This document shows, piece after piece, positions 49,221-61,038 of a stretch of 64,000 bases of DNA (its first letter is position 1; each line of letters begins with the position of its first letter). Under the pieces are notes generated by a model, which did no database searches, had not been told where the DNA came from, and saw only the letters and a program-made list of their open reading frames with translations. Position numbers and translations under genes: made by a program. Source of the DNA: Vitrella brassicaformis CCMP3155 (Eukaryota > Protista > Chromerida); NCBI GenBank assembly GCA_001179505.1, contig CDMY01000531.1, positions 186,001-250,000 of the forward strand, in the 5' to 3' direction.

Positions 49221-52200
49221 CTATCCAGTCGTGAACCTGTACAGACCCCATTTGTACCGCTCGGCGCCCGACCACCGCTGGAGGCACGCCCGCATGGTGC
49301 TCTGCACACAGACATGCAGCACCACGGTACACGCATCAGCCCGTTGGTGCTGCCCTGCTGTCTGTCTGGCTGATATACGTACGGGGATGTCCTGTCGCTG
49401 CCCGATGGCCAGCAGGAGCCTGCCCATCCCCTTGGCGCACGGAGCGAGGTCCTCCTCACTCAGGCCACTCGCCTGCGCCAGTCCGTCGGCCTACATACAC
49501 ACCACATTACAGCCACAAGGACACACGAACGCAGATTAGGGTTATGTCTGTGTGTGTGTCATGTAATGTGTTGTGGCTTACGAATGCGGCCTCGCCGGCA
49601 TTCGGCTGCCCGGGGCGGACCATCCACGTCTGCCGTGTCTGCAAGACGGCAGCTGCCTGCATCCAGGTGGGTGGGGGATGGGTGAATCCATGGATTGATG
49701 GATTGATGGATGTATTTCTGAGTGTGCTCGTGTGAGTGCGTACGGCGAGGGTCTTGGGTGTGTACTTGGCCATGTCGAAGTCCGTCAGCGCCAACTCCTG
49801 CACACCACACAGACCACACACAGGTCGGTGAATGCGTGTTGTGTCTCCCTCGTGTGTCCGACTCACCAGCAGGAAGTCGACGAATGCACGGTGCTTCGAG
49901 CCGCCCGAAATCCCGCCAGCCGCCGCGAAACGGTCAGCAAAGTCGGCAGCCGTCCGATCTGCCGCCAGCCACACTGCCGTCAGCTTGCTCGCCACCACGC
50001 TGCACACACACATATCACATCAAGATACACACGATGGTGTGTGCCTATGATCGGTTCGCCTCGTTTATGACTCGATCATGGCCTTTTCGATGGCGATGAT
50101 GTCCTCTTCGAGGTAGATACGGGAGCGGAACGCAGACACGGGCTCCTCGTTGAGGGCGGCTGTGAGGTCGCTGAGGGGCATCTGGTGGCTGGAGGCCATG
50201 TAGAGGCACGTGTACCCGACCTGCACACACACACCACCACGCAACACACATGAGGGAGAGGGAGGCGTGAATATGTGTGTGTGTGTGTGTGTGTGTGCGC
50301 GTACGGCCAGCAGACTGAAACGGGGGATACCCGAGTTGGCGAACTCCGTGTTGGCTGCACGCCAGAAGACAATCAAGAACACCAACGCACACAATATGAA
50401 TGCCGCTCTCTCTGTGTGTCGGTTTTGTCTGTGTGTGTGTACCCGTGTATAGGTAGCAGTCCTTGAGGGTCACCGCCAAGTTGAGCGTCCTTGTGTGGAT
50501 GCCAAACTTGTCCGAGGCGGCCATCATGCGGTCCACCACGTGGCCGCGGATGTCGGTCTTGAACTCGTCCGAACATGACCCTGGGTAGTCGGCCGGCACA
50601 CACAGACCCTGCCACACATCGAAGACATACACATCACGGTCAGATTGCATATGTGGGTGTGTGGGTGTGTGTTGTGCGTACGTCAGAGGGCGTCCTGGGC
50701 GGTGTGGATTTCTTGATCTCGCCGTAGAGTCTGTCACTGAGGTTGTAGCGCTCATCTGTCCGCCAACGCTCGACGAAACTCGCCTGCAGATTCCATCCCA
50801 TCAAACCACACATGGCCCAGGTGAGTGTTGTTGAGTGGCCCTACACACATGTGTCGTGTTTGTGTGTGACTGCTCACTCACCATGGCGCGGTTTTCGGCT
50901 CGGTTGAGCTGCTTGAGGGTCTGCCACAGGTCCTGGACAGCCGGCATGATGTCGGTGTACGTCAGGCCGCTGACGCGCTCCAGCTCGGGCGGCTGTGGGT
51001 GAGTGACAGGTCACACAGATAACACACATATGTCACCCCTTCTGTTTGTGCGTGTGTGTGTGTGTGGTGCTGGCTGCACACGTACATAGTCCTCTTCCTC
51101 AGGCAGGTCCAGGCAGAGGCTGCGCGCCCCCCACACACAGGCGGCCTGGAAGGAACAGACCAACATACACACGACACCAGACGTGACACACGGGCTGGGC
51201 ACTTCATTCCTTTGTGTCTGTCTGCGTACTGTGAGCATCTTGGGCCCGTATTTCGCGAGGTCGAACTCAGTCAACGCCAACTCCTGCACACCACACCACA
51301 CCCCACCATAGCCACACATGGATGTGTGCGTGAGTGTGTCTGGGTGGGTGTGACCTCACCGCTAGGAACTTGGCAAACATGTGCGGCTCGGTGCCGCTCG
51401 GCAGCTGGGCGGCCATGGCGTAACGCGCCACCAGGTCGGCGGCGGTCTCGCACTCAAAACCAGATCCAACAACGCTGCAAGAAACACCACACCACACCAC
51501 ACACACAGACGCATACCGACACACATACAATGACAGACAGGGCATCTCTCTCCCCCTCTCTCTGTGTGTGGGTGGGAGGGGTGGGACGTGCAGGTGTACC
51601 TTTTGACTTTCTTCTCGATGTCTACGAGCGCCTGGAGGTCATACGACTTGTTCTTGGGCATGTCGTTCATGAGTTCCACGATCTTCTGGCCGAACTCCCA
51701 AGACGCGCCGCCCTTGACCTGCTGCTGCGCGATCCAGATGCACGTGTAGCCCACCTGACACACATGACGATGAACACAAAAAGGTGGAGGTGTTGTATGG
51801 CCGAGTGGGTGTGGGTGTCTGTTTGCGTGTACGGGTGAGATGCTGATGCGCTTCATGCCGGGGCAGTACTTGGAAACTGACACAGATGCACGAAGCACCC
51901 ACACACAGAGAGTCTGTCGTCCGCTCTGTGTGTGTGTGTGTGTGTGGTGCTATGCGGGCTCACATACCTAGGTATGAGAACTGGTCCGTGAGGTTGGCCG
52001 CGAGGTAGAGCACTCTGTAGTGCAGGTTGAGCTCCTCGGCGGCCTCGAACAGTCTGTCCACCATCATGCCCCGCGCCCCCTGCTTCCAGTCCGCAGAGCA
52101 GTTGGCGACATAGTGACCCGGCAACACCAACTCCTGCACACAGGCAAGACAGAAGACACACGCGCACACAGGCGAGGTGTTCACAGCCCTCATGAGCTCC

Positions 52201-52491
52201 GATCCCCTGTTTTGCATGCGTACCTTGATCTGCACGTCCACCGCCTTTGGCTCCATCACCATGATAGCTTGCTCATCCCTCTCGCCGTCCTGCTCGCCAT
52301 CCTTCTCGCTCAGGCGGCCCTTCCGGCAGGTTTTCTTGGCCTTCGGCAGAAGCTCGGGTGGCATGTATAGCAGGTCCTGACGCACACAGGGAAATGGTCG
52401 GATGGATGGTTGGATGGATGGATGGGTCTGGCACGTCATGCATCCCTCCCACATGGCTGCTTACGCGTTTGCCTAACATCCCAGAGGCCAT
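49221..52491 (-). CDS. Tandem double-cyclin protein (two cyclin N+C modules), about 18 exons
   Basis: Module 1: ARGMMVDRLFEAAEELNLHYRVLYLAANLTDQF...VGYTCIWIA...DIEKK...TAADLV...FLAELALTEFDLAKYGPK...AACVW...SGLTYTDI. Module 2: IRGHVVDRMMAASDKFGIHTRTLNLAV...VGYTCLYMA...AIEKAM...TAADFA...LLELALTDFDMAKYTPK...AAAV...SGLSEEDL...RFTTG*. The start codon is uncertain. Confidence 0.75.
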
Positions 52492-52996
52492 CACGATGGT
52501 GGCGAGGGACGCCACAGGGGGCCTGTCCTCTATGTGCACGGAGCTGTACGGGAAGCTCAGACTGATGCCGTCGGGAGCGGACTTGTAGTACGTGTCGTCA
52601 AGAGGACACCTCTACGGGGCAGTGATTGACACTGGGAACTATTTCCTCCACGGAGAGAACAGAAATGTGGAGGAAAGGTGTGGATTTCGATCGCTGAGGG
52701 CGGCGTTTCAAGGGGCCCTTCCCGGATCTCTGTTTCTGGCGGTCGTTCGGGTACAGGAGTCAGGTTTCGTCAGGTTTGCACTGGTCCAAACAAGATCCCA
52801 GCACAAAATCAGAAGTTCCCGGAGGGTCTGGCAAGTTATCGCCTCGAGGACAATTTTGCTCGAGGACGTGCTGAATCTCTGGTCATCGGCACTGCAGATC
52901 TCGGACTGTTGCCCTTTGCCTTCTTGTTGTCGTCAATGGAGAAGGTCCGGCCTCTGTTTCCTCCCTTCTTGCCTCATATCGGTCTCATTCGACCTC

Positions 52997-53033
52997 TAGG
53001 GTAAGGGTAAGGGTAAGGGTGAAGGGTTCGGGG
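52997..53033. repeat. Short telomere-like (TAAGGG)n tract
   Basis: taggg taaggg taaggg taaggg tgaaggg ttcgggg, about 100 bp upstream of the IQCH ATG. Confidence 0.6.
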
Positions 53034-53133
53034 AACGGAAGCTCGCCAATGATCTCCGTTTGCTTCCGCGGCGAACACACCCCTGTCCTGGCAAACTCAC
53101 CCACCACACCTTTTTGCATTAACCATCGTCAGC

Positions 53134-56100
53134 ATGGCCCAGCTGGAGGAGCTTGGCAAGCTGGTGGTTGATCTGAGGAGGGACCTGCAGGCCATCCAGG
53201 AGAACCTCCAGGCCATGCCCACCAGCCCCTCGTCGAGCGAAAAGAGAGCAGGGGCCACGCATGCCGTCACCGCGCAGTACCATTTGCTGCAGGCGACGCT
53301 GGAGAGAGGTTGGTGGGGGAGAGGGAGACGGGGCGCTTGTTCTTGAGTGTTTTGTTTGTTCGTTGTGTCCACGAATGGTTTCTTATTGTGTTGTGTGGGT
53401 TTGCAGCTGATGCGTCTCTGAAGCAGCGCGCTGAAAAGATACTTCAGCTTGTGGTCAACAGGTGAGAATCTGATGCAATCATCCATAATGATGATTGCAT
53501 CCACGTCTGTGTGTCTTTCTTCTGTTGTCGCAGGGGCAATCACGAGGTCTTCTATCCGCCAATCCCCGACCCCGTCGCACACCCCCGGCCACGACCATTT
53601 CCCCCGGCAGCTGCAGCCCCCCACCCCGCCCTCCTCCAGTTCGCTGCAGCAGCGTCGCCTCTGGAAGTCTTCCCCTTCCCCTCTGTGCAGGAGAGCCACG
53701 CGGCTCTCAGCACCTTTAGCGACATTGAATCGTTGCCGCCTCATTTGAGAATTGGTCAGCACGAGTATCCTTGACGGATCGACCGCTGTGCAGAGATCTG
53801 CTCGCTTCGTGTGTGGTGTGCAGCTCCGCTGATGCATCTGAAGGACACTCGGCTGACCACGCTGCCAGGGAGACACCCACCGCCCCCACCACAGGGGCAG
53901 CTGCCAGCCACTGGGCGACCATCCAAGCTGAAACAGACCAAGCCGAAACGGTTCCTGCCGAAGACCAACAAGCTGGACCCTCTCGCAGACCCGCCGTCAC
54001 TCACGGTGCGGTGAGAAAAAACGAAGCCGACCGCATACGTGTTCAAGCGTTTCGTGTTGTCTTTCAGGAGAACGATCTCCAGTGCGGTCTCCTGGATTTG
54101 GCCGTCCGCGGCTTCCTCCCTCACAGCGCCGATGTGACCCCTGCAATGGAAAGGGGCCGCCCAGTCATCCACACCAAACAGGCCACCCTCCACCCGCCAG
54201 ACGACAAACGAGAGGAGAGGTACGAGCCCGCACCCCCACTACCGGCGCTCAACCTCCGTCTGGACCCTACTCCTGCGTGGCACGCGCCGGCGAGGCCGAG
54301 AGACGACACGGGCGAGGGCACCAGGGTAACACTGGCCTTGCCCGCCCCTCCTCAGGCTGCGCAGGAGGTGCCGAGCACGCATCGGCTGCCGCCGACCTTC
54401 TTCACGTCGCTGCCTGAGCCGGCAACACCCGAGCCTGGCGAGATGGAGGAGAGGGAGGAAGAGAGGGCGGCGCCGGCAGCTGTGGCTGCTCCGGTGAGAC
54501 AGCTGCCGGCTCCACATGCAGCAGCAGCCGAGGAGGGGCTACGCGCTTTGGCAGAGATCGAGATCGTCATCAGGTGGGGAGAGGGAGACGGATTGGAGGA
54601 GACATGTGGTTGACGGAGGGTATCTATCTATCTCGCGCCTTTTGTGGTCAGGAATGGCCACGTGCAGCCTTCAGTCGAGTACCAGCTGTTCAAGAAGCAC
54701 CACCACCGACACTGGGGCGCCATCACACAGTACCTGCAGCGGCTGGAGACCATGTTCTCTGCAAAAGAAGCACTGGTCAGCTGCATGCTTGGCTCTGAAT
54801 GCACCATTCCCTCAGTAGAAATGTTCAGTGCTGCCTGTGGGTGGATGGCTCAGGTGTGCAAGGTCCACGGCGGCCGTCTGGCCAGCCTCGCCTCTGACGA
54901 GTGTCAGGTGGCATCCGACCTCCAGCTCATGGGATGTGTGGTCGCATTCGAAGCCACACCTGACGCAGCAGGGGTGAATAACCCACAAACCAATGCCACC
55001 ACGTCCACCCTTTTCTTTCTTTCTTAGGAGGGTGGCCCAGCGTCGTCTCTGCGTCGCATCCGGCTGCAGACACGCGGGCATCGGGCGGCCATTTCTGCGG
55101 GCGGGAAGTCCTCGCTGGCGGGCGCCATGCATGGCACCGCCACAACCATCATCGGGTCGTGGTGGAAGATGCGCAAGGAGAGGAGGAAGTTTATCCAGCA
55201 CAAGAAGAGGATCAAGTGCGAAGCAGAGAGATGCGGGGAACGGGTAGATACGAGCCGTGTTTGTTTTCTTGTTGTTGTCAGAGCGACCAACTTCATCCGT
55301 GAGCAGTGGGGCTTGTACCTCGCGGTCAAGCGCACCAGGAAGACCGTCTTTGCCATGATGCAGGAAAGGCAGGTACACACACACACACACACAGAAAGAC
55401 ACACAGGCACTGCACACTGGTCGGTGTTCAAACACCCGCCCCCTCACCTGTCAGCGTGAGTACAAGCGGCTGCTGTATGAGTTTGGTGGCGACTGGCCAT
55501 CAAAGAAGTCTGGGAGGCGGCTGGAGGTGCACGTGCCGTCTGTCGCTGTGCCAGACAGCAGGAAGGAGACCTCTCAGTACTGGTGGGAGAGGCAGAATGC
55601 GCAGCTTGGTAACGCACACCTAGACAGGGAGAGAGAGAGAAGGAGAGCCATTGATGCATCATCACCACCAGGTCGGCTCTTTCGCGTGTGGGATCCCTCC
55701 ATCGATGTGGTGTACGTGACCTGCGAGCACCCGCCCTCTGAGCTGCTCGAGTACTTCTACAAGATCATGACGCTCAGGGGGATCGACAATCCACAAGGCA
55801 AAATACAGGTCGGCGATCGCGATCGCCTGTCTTGTCCTATCATTCATCTGTCCATTGCCCGTTCTGTCTGTCTGTGTGTCAGATAGTGGTGGCAGAGGAG
55901 GCGGCCAACCTGCCCCGCGTCTCCCTCACAACCGCACTCCTCTGCTCGCCCAAGGCCATCAGGCGCATCAGGACGATCGCCAAGGGCCGCTTCGGCTACA
56001 TAGTCCCGGGCCATGTCAGCCCTCTGGAGGTGCAGCTGTCGTCGGCATTGGGGCTGCCTCTGTTTGGCCCGCCGCCCACCAAGGTAGCGTCGCTGTCGAC

Positions 56101-58240
56101 CAAGAGTGAGATGCGGCGCGTCATGCAGACGGCCCAGATACCTTCTGGCCCTCACGCCACCAATATCAACCAGGCTGTAAGTGAGAGAGGGAGACAACTG
56201 TGTGCGTGTGTCTGTGTATGGATGGGTGGATGGCGTCTCCCTCTTTGTGTATCTGCGCCGTGTTCAGGATAAGTTCTACGAGTCTCTGTCCGTGTTGATA
56301 ATGGAGCATCCTGAGATTCCCATGTGGGTCTTCAAGATCGACGACGAGACCTCAGCCAGGGGAACTGCACTCATCGACATGAGGTCGGTAGGCCAGCATC
56401 ACCATTCCTCCGACCACACATGGTGTCGTGTGTCCAGTGCTCTGGGCATTATCGGCCATCTGAAGAAGATGATGCAGGAGGGTGGTGGCGGTGCGAGGGA
56501 GGAAGGGCAGCAGCAGGGTGGACAGGGTGGGGCTGGGGACGAGAAAGAGCCATGGAGCCGGCAGAAGACCATCAACATGGTCGCCAAAGTCCTCGTCAAA
56601 TACGTACCCAAGAAGGTGACTTTGGTGGGCGACAGCAGAGACTCAGAGTCACCACATGCATCTGTCTGCAGGTCCAGCTCTGTGACCCTAAGGCGTATCC
56701 CACATGGACGCACTACTTCACCGAGTACCTGCGTGTGGGCGGTGTGATTGAGGGCTGTCCGCCCGGCGTCATCGGCCGCCCCTCTGTGCATCTCCGTGTT
56801 GACCCCGACGGCTCATCAAGGGTGCTCGCAACCACCGAATCTGTCCAATCCAAGTATGTGGACAAGTGATGGATGGACGCAGCCAGAGTCCTCTCAGTCA
56901 CAAGGCCACGATCACTTTCCTCGTGTTTTCTCTCAGGCCTTTGATCCATGCCTTCTCAGTCGCCCCGCAGACCTGCGCTTCGTATCAGCCTCTCGTAAGT
57001 GCGTCTCATCGCTACACACTGGTGTGTATTCACATTGCCCTTCCCCTGTCTCTCTCCAGGCAGACGCAGCCTCTTTGCTGGGCCGCGCCCTGGCGGCTCG
57101 CAGCATCATCGGCTTTATCACGATCGACTTTGTGGTCTTCGAGACACAAAGACCACCGGAAGGCTCGCCAGCCGCCGACATGATGCGCCCGTCTCCCTCC
57201 CCTTCCCCCTCCTCCCCTCCCCCAGACAGCCTCCCGCCCTCATCTACCGGCCAGGCGGGCACCCTTGCACCTGGGGAAGAGCCCATCTCATTCGCGGGAT
57301 TGAAGTCGCCTTCTCCCGATGTGCCATCCGAAATGAGCGTCGTGAGCCGGGAGATGTCGCCTGTGAGGCAAGAGGGTGGCGGTCTTGGTGGTGGTGGTGG
57401 TGGTGGTGAGAGCCTGGGTAGCCTGGGTAGCGTGGGTGTGGGTGAGGGTGAGGGGGGCCTGCTGGCGTGGGTTGTGGATATTGATGTGCGCATGACGGAT
57501 GACTGTGCTATGCTCTTCTTCGGACAGGCAATCTCACAGGTGGGTCTGGGGAAGCGCACAGGACAACAGGGGATCATTCTGCTGCATGTGTGGGTGCATT
57601 CAGGCCCTATACAACCCCAACACGGGGGTGTTTGATAACCTCAATGTGGTTCAGCCGTCAGCCGAGGTCGACAGCTCTGTAAACGACTCGATGCAGCCCG
57701 GCGACTCGGCATTGCAATCGCAGCCGAGCGCCAGCACCACTGTCTCGTTTGTGCTAGCCCACTGTGTGGAGAGCCCGCCTCTCTGCCGGCTGAGCCTTCG
57801 GCAGCTCTTCCAGGTGTCCAAGGCCAAGGGTTTCTCCTACGACCTGATGCACAACCACGGCGTCACATTCACATACGCACAGGGATACCAGGTCAGTCTC
57901 CCTCTCTGTCCCTCCCCACCATACATACGGTGAGACACACCTCTCCTTTTTGCAGTCGCTGTTGTCATTTCTCCTCATCGCCCCCTCACCGCCGCAATGT
58001 CTCCAGCGGCTCATGTCGTTCGTGCCCTTCCTCGCGGACCCGCAGGACGCCATGGCGCGGAGAGGTGGGGGCGGGAGTCTAGCTGCACATGAGGAGGGGG
58101 GCGTGGGTGAGGGTGGAAAGCGGGCAGTGACGATTGGCGAGCTGCAGAGGGCTCTTCGGCACCTGGGCAGAGACGAGGTGATTGGTGGACGGTTATTGGG
58201 GGAGAGGGGCATGGATGAGCCAAACAAGGAGGGCATATGA
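53134..58240 (+). CDS. IQCH: IQCH-like protein (IQ motifs + ATP-grasp-like region), multi-exon
   Basis: IQ-like IIGSWWKMRKERRKF; VHVPS...QNAQLGRLF...DVVYVT; LLCSPKAIRRIRTIAKGRFGYIVPG; LSTKSEMRRV; WVFKIDDETSARGTA; GFITIDFV. These segments match IQCH as I recall it. Confidence 0.85.
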
Positions 58241-58569
58241 TCGATATGGGGGAACTTTGTGTCTGCACTCTCTCTGTTTGTGTGACGCGTTTTGTTGATG
58301 AGATTCGCTGCACGCATCCTCTTTGTGTAGAGTATGTATTCTGATGAGAAAAAGAGTCCGTTAAGAAAACACCAATCGCATCGATCGAGCAGAGACAGTG
58401 TCACCCTCCGGCAGCAGCCAGCCACATGCACACACGCACCATGACAGGTCTCCATCCATCCATCCGTCCGTCAGTCTGTCCCCGTCTCCACTGCCATCTA
58501 TCTACTGCTCTGAGCCCCTGGATTCGGCACTTAGCGCCGCTCAGGGCTCGGCTATCGGTCTGTGTCTTG

Positions 58570-60470
58570 TCACTCAAAGGCAAACAGGTCGCTGTCCTGC
58601 AGCAGCCCATCTGCCATCATCTCGCATTCTATCGGCGGCCACGTCGGCGACGGCATTGACACGCCAGCCCACCACTCCTCCATCCTCTCCATCCACAAAA
58701 GGGTGTCGGCCATCGTCGCGTCTCCCTCGCCCTCACCCAGCCTTGACAGGTCCGTCTCCATGACGCGGGCCACCTTGGAGGGCCTCTCCTCTTCCTCCGC
58801 CGGGCATTCCTCCTCGATCCTATCAGACGCTGGATCAGGCGTGCCGTCCTTGTGGCCCCGCTTGGCCATGGCAACGTCGAGCCCGGATAGGAGCAGCTCC
58901 CCTCCACGTTTTGGCGCCTCCGCCTTGAAAGCGTCCGTCGCCGCCCACCGCTCTGACACACACAGAGACACAGAGAGAGACACACAGGTATACCCATCAG
59001 GAACAGGCCAGTTAGCGTCCCTTCCTCGCCCGCCTACCCCAGTCTTCGTTCTCATCGTCGGACTCTGAGCTGTTCTCGTTGCCATTCTCCCCCCTCTCCC
59101 TCAGCCAGGGGGACCCTTGGCCCGGCAGGTAGAAGGGGTTGACCTGCCGCTTCCACCCGTGCTCGCGCATGAACCGCTCATAGTTCCACTGCCGCATGGA
59201 GGCCTCTTCCTTCTCCTTGGCCGCCGCCTCCCTCTCCGCCTTCGTCACCTTGGCCCTCTTGCCCTTGGCCTTTGGCTTGGGCTTGCTGGCTACCTTCTTG
59301 GGGGCCGGTGCCTTCTTGAGCAGGAAGTCAGGCAGTGGCGGTGGGGGCATGGCGAGGCGGTCTGCTTCCTCCTTGGCCATCTTGAGCAGAGTCTCGGGGT
59401 CCAGCTGGTGGGTGGGAGTCAGGAGATGGTCTGGGGCGGGAGGGGTGGGGGAGGTGGGGAGGGGCTGCGATGACATGGGCGGCTTCTCCTCCTGGATTGG
59501 CGCTGTCGTGGCCTTTTTCTTGGCCGTGCGGCGGGACGGGCGGGCGGTAGGTGTAGGCCACGGTCGAGCAGCCGGCCCTTGGTGGGGTCCACCTCTGCAT
59601 CAATGGAATCAATACATGTAAGAGCACATCAATCAGACCGGTGCATTGGCTTCCATGTGCTGCTGTTTTGTCGGTGTATTGTGCGTCTCCTTACCGTCTT
59701 CGGGTAGCAGCTTGGGCGTGCGCTTCCTCTTGCCACGGCGCTCGTGCAACACGTCGACAACGACACCACTAGGCATATCTGAACACAACAGAACAGTCAA
59801 GACAATTAAGACGTGAGCGTATGGCGTCTCTGTCCTGTGTGAGCCCTTATTTGTCACCTTTGCCCGTTTTTCTTTTCGGTCTCGTCACCATCTTGTCCTT
59901 CACTCCCGCAGATATGCACACTGCAGTGCAGAACAGTCACGAAATGAATGCAGTCGGGGGAGGCACAGATGGATTGCCATGTATATGATTGGCAATCAGT
60001 AGTCAGTGTTACCATTGGCCTCACAGTGGTCTTCTGGCACGTCCATCTGGTCCGATGCTACCCCGCTGCCCTCTCCCGTACTCCCTGCAATGGTGCATGC
60101 ACGCAAAGGCCCACAGTGCATGTGACGCCCACGTCGACAACTGTTCTCGGCATCAAATGTCCGCCTTACCGCTGCTTGATGGCTCTCCCTCGTCGGCGTG
60201 AACTGTCATGATGGCTCGGTGGCCTCCGATGGGCCGTGGACCGGGCACTGGGACGCCTCCGGCGACAAAGCCATTCGGAGCTTTGCCGCTCCATATCATG
60301 ATGCTGTTGGATGCTGGTCCCCTGCGGTGGTGCTCAGGGACTCTCGTGACTGTTCGATACTGTTGTGACCTCAGAACAGGTGTGCAAAGGGGCTCTGCAG
60401 CCGATTCTGAGAAATGGGGGCTGGTTTTGGGGGCGGTTCGGTTTCGCGCCCCCCCCAACCAATCAGACAT
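58570..60470 (-). CDS. Hypothetical low-complexity protein; 5' exons and frame near 59540 uncertain
   Basis: The last two exons splice cleanly (…NENEDW|ERWAATDAFKAE…LFAFE*). Upstream candidate exons at about 59700, 59870-59920, 60030-60100 and 60170-60470 have good splice sites but leave one frame conflict. Confidence 0.4.
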
Positions 60471-60608
60471 GTTAACTCTCTTGGCCTCGTGCGCGTCGTG
60501 TCGCCAAAATACGACAAGTAGGGAAAAATTCGGAAAATGATGATTTTGGTGATCGGGATGAAGCGAAAATGGCAGGAATGTGGAGCCGTTACACATCAGT
60601 TTCGCCCG

Positions 60609-60755
60609 GGCGAAAGTTGTTTTCTACGTGGCGAAAGTTATTTTCTACGGGGAGAAACATACTTCCTTCAGGGCGAAAGTTATTTTCTACAGGGAGAAAT
60701 TCCCTTTCTCCAGGGAGAAAATGAATTTCTCCAGGGCGAAGTTTTCCTTGAGTGA
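60609..60755. repeat. 21-bp degenerate tandem repeat, 7 copies (GGMGAAA-N5-TTTCTMCAG-like)
   Basis: Units start at 60609, 60630, 60651, 60672, 60693, 60714 and 60735, and read GExxFL[QR] on the + strand. Confidence 0.85.
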
Positions 60756-60856
60756 AATATTTCGTTCTACGAGATCCCTAACCCTGATTCTCGACTGGGG
60801 GAAATGGGCACCCCCTTTCCCTTCTTTCGGCAGCCTCCCTCCAACATCGACTTGAA

Positions 60857-60965
60857 GCCAGCCAGCCAGCCAGCCAGCCAGACAGCCAGCCAGGCAGACA
60901 GGCAGACAGACAGCCAGACAGCCAGACAGGCAGACAGTCAGACAGCCAGACAGAGACAGACACCG
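60857..60965. repeat. (CAGC/CAGA)n compound microsatellite
   Basis: Visible tetranucleotide run. Confidence 0.9.
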
Positions 60966-61038
60966 GAGAGGGTCATGACATAGAGAGGCTGGGAGCGTCA
61001 TGCCCAACGCGGCAATCCTAGTAACTACCTCCATTCAT

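Noticed and set aside
42040-52500. Autonomous transposon as the cause of the rearrangements
   Set aside because: I found no transposase, reverse transcriptase or Rep/helicase motifs, terminal inverted repeats or target-site duplications in the window.
52592-53004. + strand ORFs and the cctcgag...ctcgagg hairpin near 52850
   Set aside because: No recognisable protein motifs; a 7-bp stem is expected by chance. An extra upstream cyclin exon (RCPLDDTYYK..., ending at 52611) could not be linked to a start codon.
7088-58240. Possible flagellar gene cluster (channel, FAM184, TTLL, MORN, IQCH)
   Set aside because: Cilium-associated genes are numerous and the genes here are interspersed with unrelated ones; the sequence alone gives no evidence of clustering beyond chance.
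60609-60755. Resemblance of ExxFLQG to the TEV/3C protease site ENLYFQG
   Set aside because: The P3/P2 residues differ, no protease or viral gene lies nearby, and a chance match is likely.
60609-60755. Possible CRISPR array
   Set aside because: The units are contiguous with no unique spacers, there are no cas genes, and the context is eukaryotic.
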